A stretch of 64,000 nucleotides of DNA, from contig OX597833.1 of NCBI GenBank assembly GCA_951406725.2, positions 29,140,001-29,204,000 on the forward strand. Reading direction: 5' to 3'. The DNA is from Octopus vulgaris. Lineage: Eukaryota. The translations under genes and the position numbers were made by a program. Below are positions 38,616 to 48,170 of the stretch, in pieces. Below the pieces are notes generated by a model, which saw nothing but the letters and a program-made list of their open reading frames with translations, was not told the origin of the DNA and did not search any database. Position 1 is the first letter of the stretch. Each line of letters begins with the position of its first letter.

Positions 38616-41600
38616 CTTTTAGTACCCTTCTCCTCATATGCTTAAGACAAGCTGCTAGCGCCATAGCTCATCAACTGCCCACCGATCTTACGCTTCCTCC
38701 TGACACTGCCTCAATCCGACCATCCCCTTTTAGTACCCTCCCGCCTCGTCAATCCGACCATCCCCTTTTAGTACCCTCCCGCCTCGTAATATCCTACGTT
38801 TTTATTTCTTAGGAACCTACACCAACCCTTCCTGCCATCGTTCCTCCTTACCCCAACCTTCCCCACTGGTTGCTCCCCTATATTACCCGCCTCAACTGGA
38901 CCCCCCTCCCCAACTCAACTCTAGAATATCTGTATTTCTTTCCTCTACCTAATTACGTTACTCAGTGACGATAACAAATGTCCACTGCTAACACCAGCTC
39001 CTGCCCACGGCGTGGTCAGGTTGGAAGAGAGATCAAAAGAAAAATACCACGAAAACTATCACCACCACTACAACCCTCCTCTTCTCAGGCGCTCGAATCC
39101 CCCTGTCCCCCCCACATCTCCTTCCCAGTTTTCAGAGTTGGCACTATCAATGTTGGTACATTGACAGGCAAGTCTAGTGAGATTGTAGAGATGCTAGAGA
39201 GAAGACAGGTTGATGTATGCTGCATACAAGAGGTAAGATGGAGAGATGCTTCGGCTAGGGTCCTCACGGGCAAGGCACTTAGATACAAACTCTACTGGCA
39301 AGGTAACGCGGAAGGTGTAGGGGGTGTAGGCATTCTCCTTGCGGAGGAATGGGTGGATAAGGTCATAGAGGTTGTCAGGGTTTGTGATAGAGTGCTTAAG
39401 CTCAGGTTGGTCCTACAAAGTGGCACAGCTATGATTATCTCAGCCTATGCCCCACAAGCGGGACTACCAAATGATCAGAAGGACAACTTTTATGATACCC
39501 TTCTGCAGGCTACTTCAAAGACTAGTAACAAGGACCTCATCTTTGTAGGTGGAGATTTTAACGGGCATGTTGGGCGGGAATCGGGTATCTTCACTGGGGT
39601 ACATGGTGGATATGGTATTGGCACCAGAAATGATGAGGGAACTAGACTACTGGAATTCTGTGATGCATGTAACCTTTCAATCTGCAACACTAACTTCAAG
39701 AAGCCAGTCTGCCACCTTATAACTTATCAGTCAGGAGACTCCGCTAGCCAAATAGACTTCATCCTCACCAGACAACGGGATGCAGGGTTGCTCTTGAATA
39801 CAAAGACCCTCCCGGGTGAAGAATGTATCCCTCAGCATAGACTAATCATCAGTGACTTTAAGCTTGAGGCCAGAAGGACTCCAAGAAACAAACCAATCCA
39901 GAAAAGAAGGATTTGGAGGCTAAAGAACCCTTCGCATGGTCAGAAATTTAGGGACATACTCATCAAGAAATTTGATGAGAGGGAAGAGGAGCTTCAGACG
40001 TCAGACATAGAAGGTAGCTGGGAATTCCTACGGGACAGCTTGTTGAGTGCCACAGACCAAGTTTGTGGATGGTGCAAAGTCCCTTCCAGACCTAGAATTA
40101 CGTGGTGGTGGAATAGTGCAGTAGATAAAGCCATCTGTGAAAAGAGACGGGCCTGGAAAGCCTGGAAGGATGGGGGCAGCAGGGAACTGTACCAGATAGC
40201 CAAAAGGGAGGCTGGGCGGCAGGTATACATTGCCAAAGATGTAGCAGAAAAGAAGAAGTTTGCCAATGTCCAGCGTCGCGAGGATCAAAGAGCTGAAGTA
40301 TTTCGGATTGCCAGACAGTGTGTCAGAGAAAATAGCGATGTTATAGGAGAGAAATGTGTCCGCATGGATGATGGGGCACTTGCTTTTACTACTAGTGAAA
40401 AGAAAGAGGCTTGGAGAAGCCATTATGAAAGACTGCTAAATGAGGAGAATGAATGGGAGGAGGAGAGCCTGCCAAATGTTGACCCAGTAGAGGGACCAGC
40501 TACCCGAATAGACAGCTCCCTTGTAGATAAGGCAATTAAGGATATGAAACCAGGCAAAGCCCCTGGCCTATCAGGAATCACTGCTGAGATGCTTAAAACA
40601 GCTGGCTATGTGGGCCATGCCATAGTCACCCGCATTGTAAACCAGGTAGTTCACAATGGAGCCATACCCAATGACTGGTGCAGCAGTACCATAGTCAACT
40701 GCTACAAGGGTAAGGGTGATGCTCTAGATAGAAATAACTACAGAGGTATCAAACTGTTGGACCAGGTGATGAAGGTCTCAGAGAAGGTCATAACCAATCT
40801 CATTAGGGAGAGAATTTGTTTAGATGAAATGCAGTTCGGTTTTGTACCAGGTAGAAGCACCACTGATGCTATATTCCTGGTCCGACAACTGCAGGAGAAG
40901 TACCTAGCTAAAGATAAACCCCTCTACATAGCTTTTGTAGACTTGGAGAAAGCCTTTGACAGGGTTCCCCGTTCCCTTATCTGGTGGTCGATGCGGAAAC
41001 TGGAGATTGAAGAATGGCTAATAAGGGCTGTACAGGCTCTATACAGAGAGGCTGTTAGCAAGGTTAGGATTGGCAACGAATATAGTGAAGAATTCCGAGT
41101 AGAAGTAGGTGTGCACCAGGGCTCAGCCCTCAGTCCCCTTTTGTTCATCATAGTCCTTCAAGCAATAACAGAGGAATTCAAAACGGGATGCCCCTGGGAG
41201 CTCCTCTATGCCGATGACCTAGCTCTCATAGCAGAATCACTACCGGAACTAGAAGAGAAATTTCGGGTATGGAAGCAAGGGTTGGAATCAAAGGGCCTTA
41301 GAATAAATGTAGCAAAGACCAAAGTATTAGTAAGCAGCAAGAGGTACTCAACACACATCCCCTCGGGTAGGTGGCCCTGCTCAACCTGTAGGAAAGGTAC
41401 AGGTAGAAACTCCATAAGATGCACCCAATGTAAGTTATGGACACATAAGAGGTGCAGCAACATTAAAGGGAAATTAACAGATAAGATAGCTTTCATGTGC
41501 GGCAGATGCACAGGGACAATAGACACAACAGACACTCAGAAAACAGATTCCATCACACTCCAGGGAGAGAAACTAGAAGTAGTTGATAGTTTCCGCTACC

Positions 41601-42553
41601 TGGGAGACCAAGTTAGTAGCGGAGGTGGATGCACAGAGAGTATCACCACTAGAATACGAATAGCCTGGGCAAAGTTCAGAAAGCTCCTACCCCTACTGGC
41701 AACAAAAGGCCTCTCCCTCAGAGCAAAAGGTAGATTATATGATGCATGTGTGCGAACTGCCATGCTTCACGGTAATGAAACATGGGCTGTGACTGCAGAA
41801 GACATGCGTAGACTTGAAAGAAATGAAGCTAGCATGATCCGCTGGATGTGTAGTGTCAGTGTGCACGCAAAACAGAGTGTAAGTATCCTGAGAGAAATGC
41901 TGGATATAAGAAGCATCAGATGTGGTGTGCAAGAGCGACGCTTGCGATGGTATGGTCATGTGCTGCGGATGGATGAAGAGAGATGTGTGAAGAAGTGCCA
42001 CTCCCAAACAGTTGAAGGTATCAGGGGGAGAGGTAGACCCAGGAAGACATGGGATGAGGTGGTCAAGCATGACCTCAGAGCATTGGGCCTCACTGAGGCA
42101 ATGGCGAAGGACCGAGATCTCTGGAGATATGCTGTGACTACAAAGAACCGGGCTGCTTTCTGCAGCAATTCCACATACCCCCTACCCATTCTAAGTACCC
42201 CCTACCCATTCTAAGTACCCCGGATCCCCAAAGTACCCCGGATCCCCAAAGTACCCTGGATCCCCAAAATACCCCGATCCCCAAAGTACCCCGGACCTCG
42301 TTGCCCCCGTGCCGCTGACACGTTAAAATGCTCGAATCCGATCGTGACGATGCCGGACCCTCCGGCCCCTGTGCAGGTGGCACGTAAAAAGCACCCAATC
42401 CACTCACGGAGTGGTTGGCGTTAGGAAGGGCATCCAGCCGTAGAAACTCTGCCAGATTCAGACTGGAGCCTGGAGCGGCCCCTGGCTTCCCAGACCCGGT
42501 CAAACCGTCCAACCCGCTAGCGCGGAAAGCGGACGTTAAACGATGATGATGAT
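38616..42553 (+). mobile_element. Near-full-length RTE-clade LINE
   Basis: Pyrimidine-rich 5'UTR, single EN-RT ORF, 3'UTR with tandem 18-19-mers and a ...ggacgttaaacGATGATGATGAT tail. Inserted into the microsatellite of a SINE. Confidence 0.95.
38978..42214 (+). CDS. RTE ORF: APE endonuclease and reverse transcriptase with embedded PHD-like finger (1078 aa)
   Basis: EN motifs GTINV, CIQEVRW, AYAPQ, GDFNGH, QIDFIL, QHRL. RT motifs NYRGIKL, QFGF, FVDLEKAFD, GVHQGSALSPLLF, LLYADDL, YLG. RTE C-terminus RLRWYGHV..RGRPRKTW. No stops. Confidence 0.96.
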   Translation: MSTANTSSCPRRGQVGREIKRKIPRKLSPPLQPSSSQALESPCPPHISFPVFRVGTINVGTLTGKSSEIVEMLERRQVDVCCIQEVRWRDASARVLTGKALRYKLYWQGNAEGVGGVGILLAEEWVDKVIEVVRVCDRVLKLRLVLQSGTAMIISAYAPQAGLPNDQKDNFYDTLLQATSKTSNKDLIFVGGDFNGHVGRESGIFTGVHGGYGIGTRNDEGTRLLEFCDACNLSICNTNFKKPVCHLITYQSGDSASQIDFILTRQRDAGLLLNTKTLPGEECIPQHRLIISDFKLEARRTPRNKPIQKRRIWRLKNPSHGQKFRDILIKKFDEREEELQTSDIEGSWEFLRDSLLSATDQVCGWCKVPSRPRITWWWNSAVDKAICEKRRAWKAWKDGGSRELYQIAKREAGRQVYIAKDVAEKKKFANVQRREDQRAEVFRIARQCVRENSDVIGEKCVRMDDGALAFTTSEKKEAWRSHYERLLNEENEWEEESLPNVDPVEGPATRIDSSLVDKAIKDMKPGKAPGLSGITAEMLKTAGYVGHAIVTRIVNQVVHNGAIPNDWCSSTIVNCYKGKGDALDRNNYRGIKLLDQVMKVSEKVITNLIRERICLDEMQFGFVPGRSTTDAIFLVRQLQEKYLAKDKPLYIAFVDLEKAFDRVPRSLIWWSMRKLEIEEWLIRAVQALYREAVSKVRIGNEYSEEFRVEVGVHQGSALSPLLFIIVLQAITEEFKTGCPWELLYADDLALIAESLPELEEKFRVWKQGLESKGLRINVAKTKVLVSSKRYSTHIPSGRWPCSTCRKGTGRNSIRCTQCKLWTHKRCSNIKGKLTDKIAFMCGRCTGTIDTTDTQKTDSITLQGEKLEVVDSFRYLGDQVSSGGGCTESITTRIRIAWAKFRKLLPLLATKGLSLRAKGRLYDACVRTAMLHGNETWAVTAEDMRRLERNEASMIRWMCSVSVHAKQSVSILREMLDIRSIRCGVQERRLRWYGHVLRMDEERCVKKCHSQTVEGIRGRGRPRKTWDEVVKHDLRALGLTEAMAKDRDLWRYAVTTKNRAAFCSNSTYPLPILSTPYPF

Positions 42554-42722
42554 ATATATATGACAGGCTTCTTTCAGTTTCCGTCTACCAAATCCACTCA
42601 CAAGGCTTCAGTCGGCGCGAGGCTATAGAAGACATTTGCCCAAGGTGCCACGCATTGGGACTGAACCCAGAACCATGTAGTTGGTAAGCAAGCTACTAAC
42701 CACACAGCCACTCCTGCGCCAT
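42554..42722 (-). mobile_element. 5' (tRNA head) half of the interrupted SINE
   Basis: Reverse complement of 43027-43190. Confidence 0.88.
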
Positions 42723-43026
42723 TAGTTAATAACTCTCACATATCATTATATTTTTAGTAAACCCACCAGTGCATGTTGTACATTTATTGAAGTTTACTCT
42801 AATACCTCTCCTTTACACTCACTCAACCACTTCCCTTTTTTATCCACTTCAGTACATGCTTTATCACTTGCTATGACCTTCATCTTTTCCATATCTACCT
42901 TCATACCTTTTACTCACTCATACATCAGCATCACTGTTGTAACAAACCACTGTTTAGCCCATGTTATTATTGAATATGTAGTACAGGTGTCTTAATTGGG
43001 TGCCAATATTTAACTATAAAATACAG

Positions 43027-43415
43027 ATGAGTAGCTGTGTGGTAAGTAGCTTGTCTACCAACCACATGGTTCCGGGTTCAGTCCCACTGCGTGGCACCTT
43101 GGGCATGTGTCTTCTACTATAGCCTCGGGCCGACCAAAGCCTTGTGAGTGGATTTGGTAGACGGAAACTGAAAGAAGCCCGTCGTATATATATATATATG
43201 TGCGTGTGTGTGTATGTGTTTGTCCCCTAGCATTGTTTGACAACCGATGCTGGTGTGTTTATGTCCCCGTTACTTAGCGGTTCGGCAAAAGAGACCGATA
43301 GAATAAGTACTGGGCTTACAAAAGAATAAGTCCCGGGGTCGAGTTGCTCGATTAAAGGCGGTGCTCCAGCATGGCCGCAGTCAAATGACTGAAACAAGTA
43401 AAAGAGTAAAGAGTA
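43027..43415 (+). mobile_element. Octopus-type tRNA-derived SINE, young full-length copy
   Basis: A box (tagctgtgtggtaag), B box (gggttcagtccc), CORE-like caccttgggc, central TA/TG repeat, and tail gtcaaatgactgaaacaagtaaaagagtaaagagta. CpGs intact. Confidence 0.9.
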
Positions 43416-43899
43416 TCAGAACTAGGATTGGTAGAAATATAGGAATAGCAAGGTAAGAAAAGCAAAGGTTATAGTAGTGGTAGAAGAGGTTAAAGAGAAG
43501 ACGGGTGGGTGTTAACTATCTTAGGTTCTTCATAATTGCAGTTTCAATTGATGTTCTTTTGCTCCAATTCACTTTTAGCAGACATGTCCAAAGGCATTCC
43601 AGCCTTGACAAGCTTTTTGCTTTCTTTTTTTTGATAAATCTAAATCTATCCTTTGTTTTCAGGATACCAAGTTGGAGTCAAAAGTTTTTTTGTATTTCAA
43701 GCTTTAATTCCAATATGAAATGACTAGAAACAATGACAGTTCAGCAGTTTTGTTTTCTGAATCCCATTCACGTTTCATTTGATTTCTTTCTACATCGAAA
43801 CTTTTCTTTTTGATAAAGAAAACAAAATTCTTTCAATTTTGACCTGCCTGAGAATTATATACAAATTATACACAGACAAATTATATACAAAAAGTGTTT

Positions 43900-44975
43900 A
43901 TTTATCAAAATATATGTCATATTCTATTATTTGCTGTGGTCATTATTGCAGAAGCTCAATTTCACACTTATACTATCTGGCTGGTTTAGAGGCAAAGTCT
44001 CCCTGCATCCATTTGTTGAACTTCTGTCCATGCAGGAAATGAGCTGTGGCTCAGAAGAGGTGCTAATCTGATGGTGCAAGGTCTGGACTGTAGGCATGGT
44101 GAAGCAGCACTTACATCCCCTCAAGTTTGTGCTTGGTCACATTGGCAGTGTGTGCTGGGGCATTGCCATGTTGTAGGAGTATATGTCTCCAATTGACCAG
44201 TGCTGGGTAGCAGGCTTTCAAAAAATCATATACTCACTGCAGTTGTTGAGCATAAAGATTAATATTCACAACATGACTATCTGGGACAGCTCAAAATGCA
44301 ACACCTCTTTGAAATTCCACCAAACACACATGACCTTGTTTGACAACAGGTTCTGAAGTCTGTCTGAAATGAAGCCACTGATTTCTTATATTAGGATTAC
44401 AAAAACAGATCCATTTTTCATTGCTAGTTTGATACCAAAAATGGGCATCTCAAGGATTTGCCAATAATTGTTTGCAAATATTCACACATACATTGTTGAG
44501 TCTGGTCAGCTCTTGAGGAGCCTCTCAACATCTCTTCACAAAGCTGAGCTTATGGAGTGTTGAGGATGTGCTTTGTGAAGGACCAAGTTCTTCCAACAAT
44601 GTGTAAGTGCATGTGCTTGGCTGTTCAACGATTTCAAGTGACGCCTCATTTTCCATAACAGGTCTCTCTGACCTTGGTTTATGTTCAAGACTGGTGTCAC
44701 TTTCCTTTAAATATCTGAAGCAGTCTTGTGCCACATGTTTGTTGCATTTCTTTTGCTGTTGCCTTTGCAGTTAGACCATTTTTCCACACAAGTAACATAA
44801 AAAATGGCTCTAATTGCAATTTTTTTCACCACTCATTATCAAAGCTGTAAAATAAAGAATAAACAATTCAGCAATGATTGGACAAGTTGTATCAAATTAA
44901 TTATATTGCATGGAGAATAAAGTTGCCAAAGATCATCAGTGAAAATCACCAAAAAGTTTTGACTCACCTGGTAGT
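43900..44975 (-). mobile_element. Decayed mariner transposon
   Basis: Minus strand reads YSPDLAPSD*HLF at about 44050-44092, plus an N-terminal fragment DTSLEHKPRSERP..L.EELG (44525-44734). Ends uncertain. Confidence 0.8.
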
Positions 44976-45062
44976 AGGCTGTTATTTGAAGGAAATTTGG
45001 GTGCTATTTCTAGCAAGTAAAGTAAGCACACTGATTATATATATATCTATATATATGTATAT

Positions 45063-45220
45063 GTAGGGAGAGTTTACGAAAAAAACAAAAGACGAAGACA
45101 GGTGGTGTACAAAACAAACAGATGTATTAGTATAATGTTCAGAAATAGAAAAAGTCTTTTATGTTTCGAGCCTACGCTCTTCTACAGAAAGGGACATAGA
45201 AAAAAACAAGGAGAGAAATG
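45063..45220 (-). mobile_element. Penelope-like terminal fragment with a degenerate minimal hammerhead-like motif
   Basis: Minus strand 45191-45156 reads CTTT-CTGTAGAA-GAGC-GTAG-GCTC-GAAA-CA-TA-AAAG (stem I CTTT/AAAG, stem II GAGC/GCTC). The core deviates from CUGANGA. Confidence 0.5.
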
Positions 45221-45559
45221 AAAAAAGCACAATTTATTTGTGATCAGAGACATTCCTAAACCGAGATACTAGTGTATTAAATGAATATGAGAAAGACCGG
45301 AGATAAAGCACGATTTATTCGTGTTGTTTGAAAACTTAGGTACTACTGTATATATATATATATATATATTCATATCTAACTTCTATAAAGTAACGTACTT
45401 ATTGACAGCAATCTTGGTGTTTTGCAACCAGTCTTTTTGTTTTCTCAGACTCTCTTTGTGAGCCTGGTAAATGTGGATAATGCTTGTCCAATTTGTCTGT
45501 TGATCTCAGGGTCCAAGGAGAGGTCATCAGTGATGGTAGAGCTGAGATAAGTGAACCGA

Positions 45560-45842
45560 TCTGGACGTCCAGAGATGGGAGGAGGCTGCAAATAATTGCC
45601 CACACTGGAGACAGGATATAGAGTGGAAAAAAACAGGAACTCATCACCAAAGAAAAGCGCACTCGATGGAAAGAAAAATCAGTAGCGCCTTTGAGAGCAG
45701 TCATTGTTTGCGTGACTGCCACTCTCTTTTGGGCCTGTACAGCCACAACAGACACTGCACCATCATCAACAGCTGACATGATTTCTTCAGGTGCAGATCC
45801 ATGGCCTCTTGAGACCGACAGATACCTACTACTACTACTACT
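45560..45842 (+). mobile_element. 3' end of a BovB-like RTE LINE with (CTA)n tail
   Basis: Reads SSHCLRDCHSLLGLYSHNRHC (C2H2 finger remnant), then a short 3'UTR and ctactactacta. Confidence 0.7.
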
Positions 45843-45863
45843 ATATATATATATATATATATA

Positions 45864-46247
45864 GCATGATCGTTGCCAGAGCAGCTAACAGGCTTACATG
45901 CCGGTGGCACGTAAAAAGCACCATTTGAACATGATCGTTACCAGCATCGACTTACTGGCACTTGACAAAAAACATTCAAGTGAGGTTATTGCCAGTGCTG
46001 CACATAAAAAACACCATTTGAGCATGGCTGTTGCCAGTACCGCCTGACTGGCCCTCATGCAGGTGGCACGTAAAAGCACCCACTACACGCTCGGAGTGGT
46101 TGGCGTTAGGAAGGGAATCCAGCTGTAGAAACTCTGTCAGGTCAAGATTGGAGCCTGGTGCAACCATCTGGTTCGCCAGTCCTCAGTCAAATCGTCCAAC
46201 CCATGGTAGCATGGAAAGCAGACAGTAAACGATGATGATGATGATGA
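45864..46247 (+). mobile_element. RTE 3'UTR-only retrocopy with repeated GGTGGCACGTAAAAAGCACC modules and (GAT)n tail
   Basis: Shares ggagtggttggcgttaggaaggg..tccagctgtagaaactct and the tail with 42400-42553. Confidence 0.85.
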
Positions 46248-46271
46248 TATATATATATATATATATACACA

Positions 46272-46470
46272 CAGTAGTACTTTGGTTTTTGAACAACTCT
46301 GGTCATGAATAAATCATGCTTTATACATATAATATATATATATATAAAGCACAATTTATTTGTGATCAGAGGCATTCCTAAACCAAGATACTACTGAATT
46401 AAATGAATATGAGAAAGACCGGGGATAAAGCATGATTTATTCGTGTTGTTTGAAAACTGAGGTACTACTG
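46272..46470. mobile_element. Tc1/pogo-like MITE; a partial second copy lies at 45225-45349
   Basis: Imperfect TIRs cagtagtac...ataaatcatgctttat and ataaagcatgatttat...gtactactg, then TA. Confidence 0.65.
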
Positions 46471-46472
46471 TA

Positions 46473-47954
46473 TCATCATCATCATCGTTTAACGTCCGTT
46501 TTCCATGCTAGCATGGGTTGGACGGTTCAACCAGGATCTGGGAAGCCAGAAGGCTGCACCAGGCTCCAGTCTGATCTGGCAGTGTTCTTACAGCTGGATG
46601 CCCTTCCTAATGCCAAGCACTCTGTGAGTGTAGTGGGTGCTTTTTACGTGCCAACGGCCACGATCGGTTGGTGCTTTTTACATGCCACCGGCACGGAAAC
46701 CAATTAAGGCGGTGCTGGTATCGGCCATGTTCAGATGGTGCTTTTTATGTGCCACCGGCACAGGGGTCAGTCCAGCGGAACTGGCAACTGCCGGGTGCCA
46801 GTCATAGGATTGGTTCAATTTCGATTCTGATTTCACTTGTCCCAACAGGTCTTCACAAGCAGAGTTTAGTGTCCAGTGAAGGGAGGTTGGCATGGGTGCC
46901 AGTCGTCGGATGAGGTTCGATTTCGAATTCAATTTCGACTTAACTTGCCTCAACAGGTCTTTGCGTGTCCAAGGAAGGAAAGGCATGCATAAGTGGGCTG
47001 GCTACATCCCTGGCAAAGGACACAGGATGGACTCACTTGTCCTGCCGGGTCTTCTCACGTACAGCATATTTCCAAAGGTCTCGGTCACTAGTCATTGCCT
47101 CAGTGAGGCCTAATGTTCAAAGGTCATGCTTTACCACCTCGTCCCAGGTTTTCCTGGGTCTACCTCTTCCATGGGTTCCCTCAACTGCTAGGGATTGGCA
47201 CTTTATCACACGCCTATCTTCATCCATTCTCGCCACATGACCATACCAGCGCAATCGTCTCTCTTGCACACCACAGCTGATGCTTCTTAGGTCCAACTTT
47301 TCTCTCAAGGTACTTACACTCTGTCGAGTATATACACTGACATTACACATCCATCGGAGCATACTGGCTTCATTCCTTATGAGCTTATGCATGTCCTCAG
47401 CAGTCACGGCCCATGTTTCACTGCCATGTAGCATGGCTGTTCGTACACATGCGTCATACAGTCTGCCTTTTACTCTGAGCGAGAGGCCTTTTGTCACCAG
47501 CAGAGGTAAGAGCTCCCTGAACTTTGCCCAGGCTATTCTTATTCTAGCAGTTACACTTTCAGCACACCTGCCCCCGCTACTGACTTGGTCACCTAGATAA
47601 TGGAAGCTATCAACTACTTCTAGTTTTTTCCCCTGGAAAGTGACGGAAGTTGTTTTCTGTACATTTTCAGTGTTTATTACTCCTGAGCATCTGCCACACA
47701 CAAAACTATCTTCCCAGTTAGCCTTCCTTTGACATTGCTGCACCTCTTATGTGTCCATAGCTTACACTGGGTACATCTTATAGAGTTTCTACCTATGCCT
47801 TTTCTACAGATCGAGCAGGGCCATCTACCTGAAGGCATTTGTGGTTTGTCTATCTTCCAACTTATTAGGACTTTTGTTTTAGCTAGGTTTTAGCTATACT
47901 CTAAGGCCCTTCGATTCTAATCCTTGCTTCTACACCTGAAACTTCTCCTCCAGT
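46473..47954 (-). mobile_element. 5'-truncated RTE LINE (copy 1)
   Basis: (CAT)n tail at 46473, a 3'UTR, and ORF remnant 47117-47743 homologous to the C-terminus of 38978-42214. Confidence 0.95.
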
Positions 47955-48029
47955 TATATATAAATGAATTTTTTGCGTAATGAGATAAAAAAACCATGGC
48001 TGTATAGATATTAGAACATTTATAGATAG

Positions 48030-48084
48030 GTCTTACAGCTGTTTCTAGAATATTAATTAATAATAATATCCCTTCATCGGAGAC
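48030..48084 (-). ncRNA. Minimal type I hammerhead-ribozyme-like motif (Penelope pLTR type)
   Basis: GTCT-CCGATGA-[AGGGATATT..AATATTCTA]-GAAA-CAGCTG-TA-AGAC: stem I GTCT/AGAC, core with U4C, and a palindromic stem III as in dimeric Penelope hammerheads. Confidence 0.65.
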
Positions 48085-48170
48085 GGTATGAGAGGAAAAA
48101 TTAAGTCATAGTTAGTTTTGATGTGATACAAATAGAGAGTGAGGTGGAGGAAAGAAAATAGATGTAAGAT

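Noticed and set aside
38616-38977. HDV-like ribozyme at the RTE 5' end
   Set aside because: Known for some RTEs, but I could not build the nested double pseudoknot from this C/T-rich sequence. The 5' end may be truncated.
43027-43100. tRNA gene (also at 24895 and 58055)
   Set aside because: The A/B boxes run into SINE bodies that recur in the window, and no complete cloverleaf is evident.
45399-45779. 126-aa minus-strand ORF
   Set aside because: Largely antisense to a BovB-like RTE 3' end.
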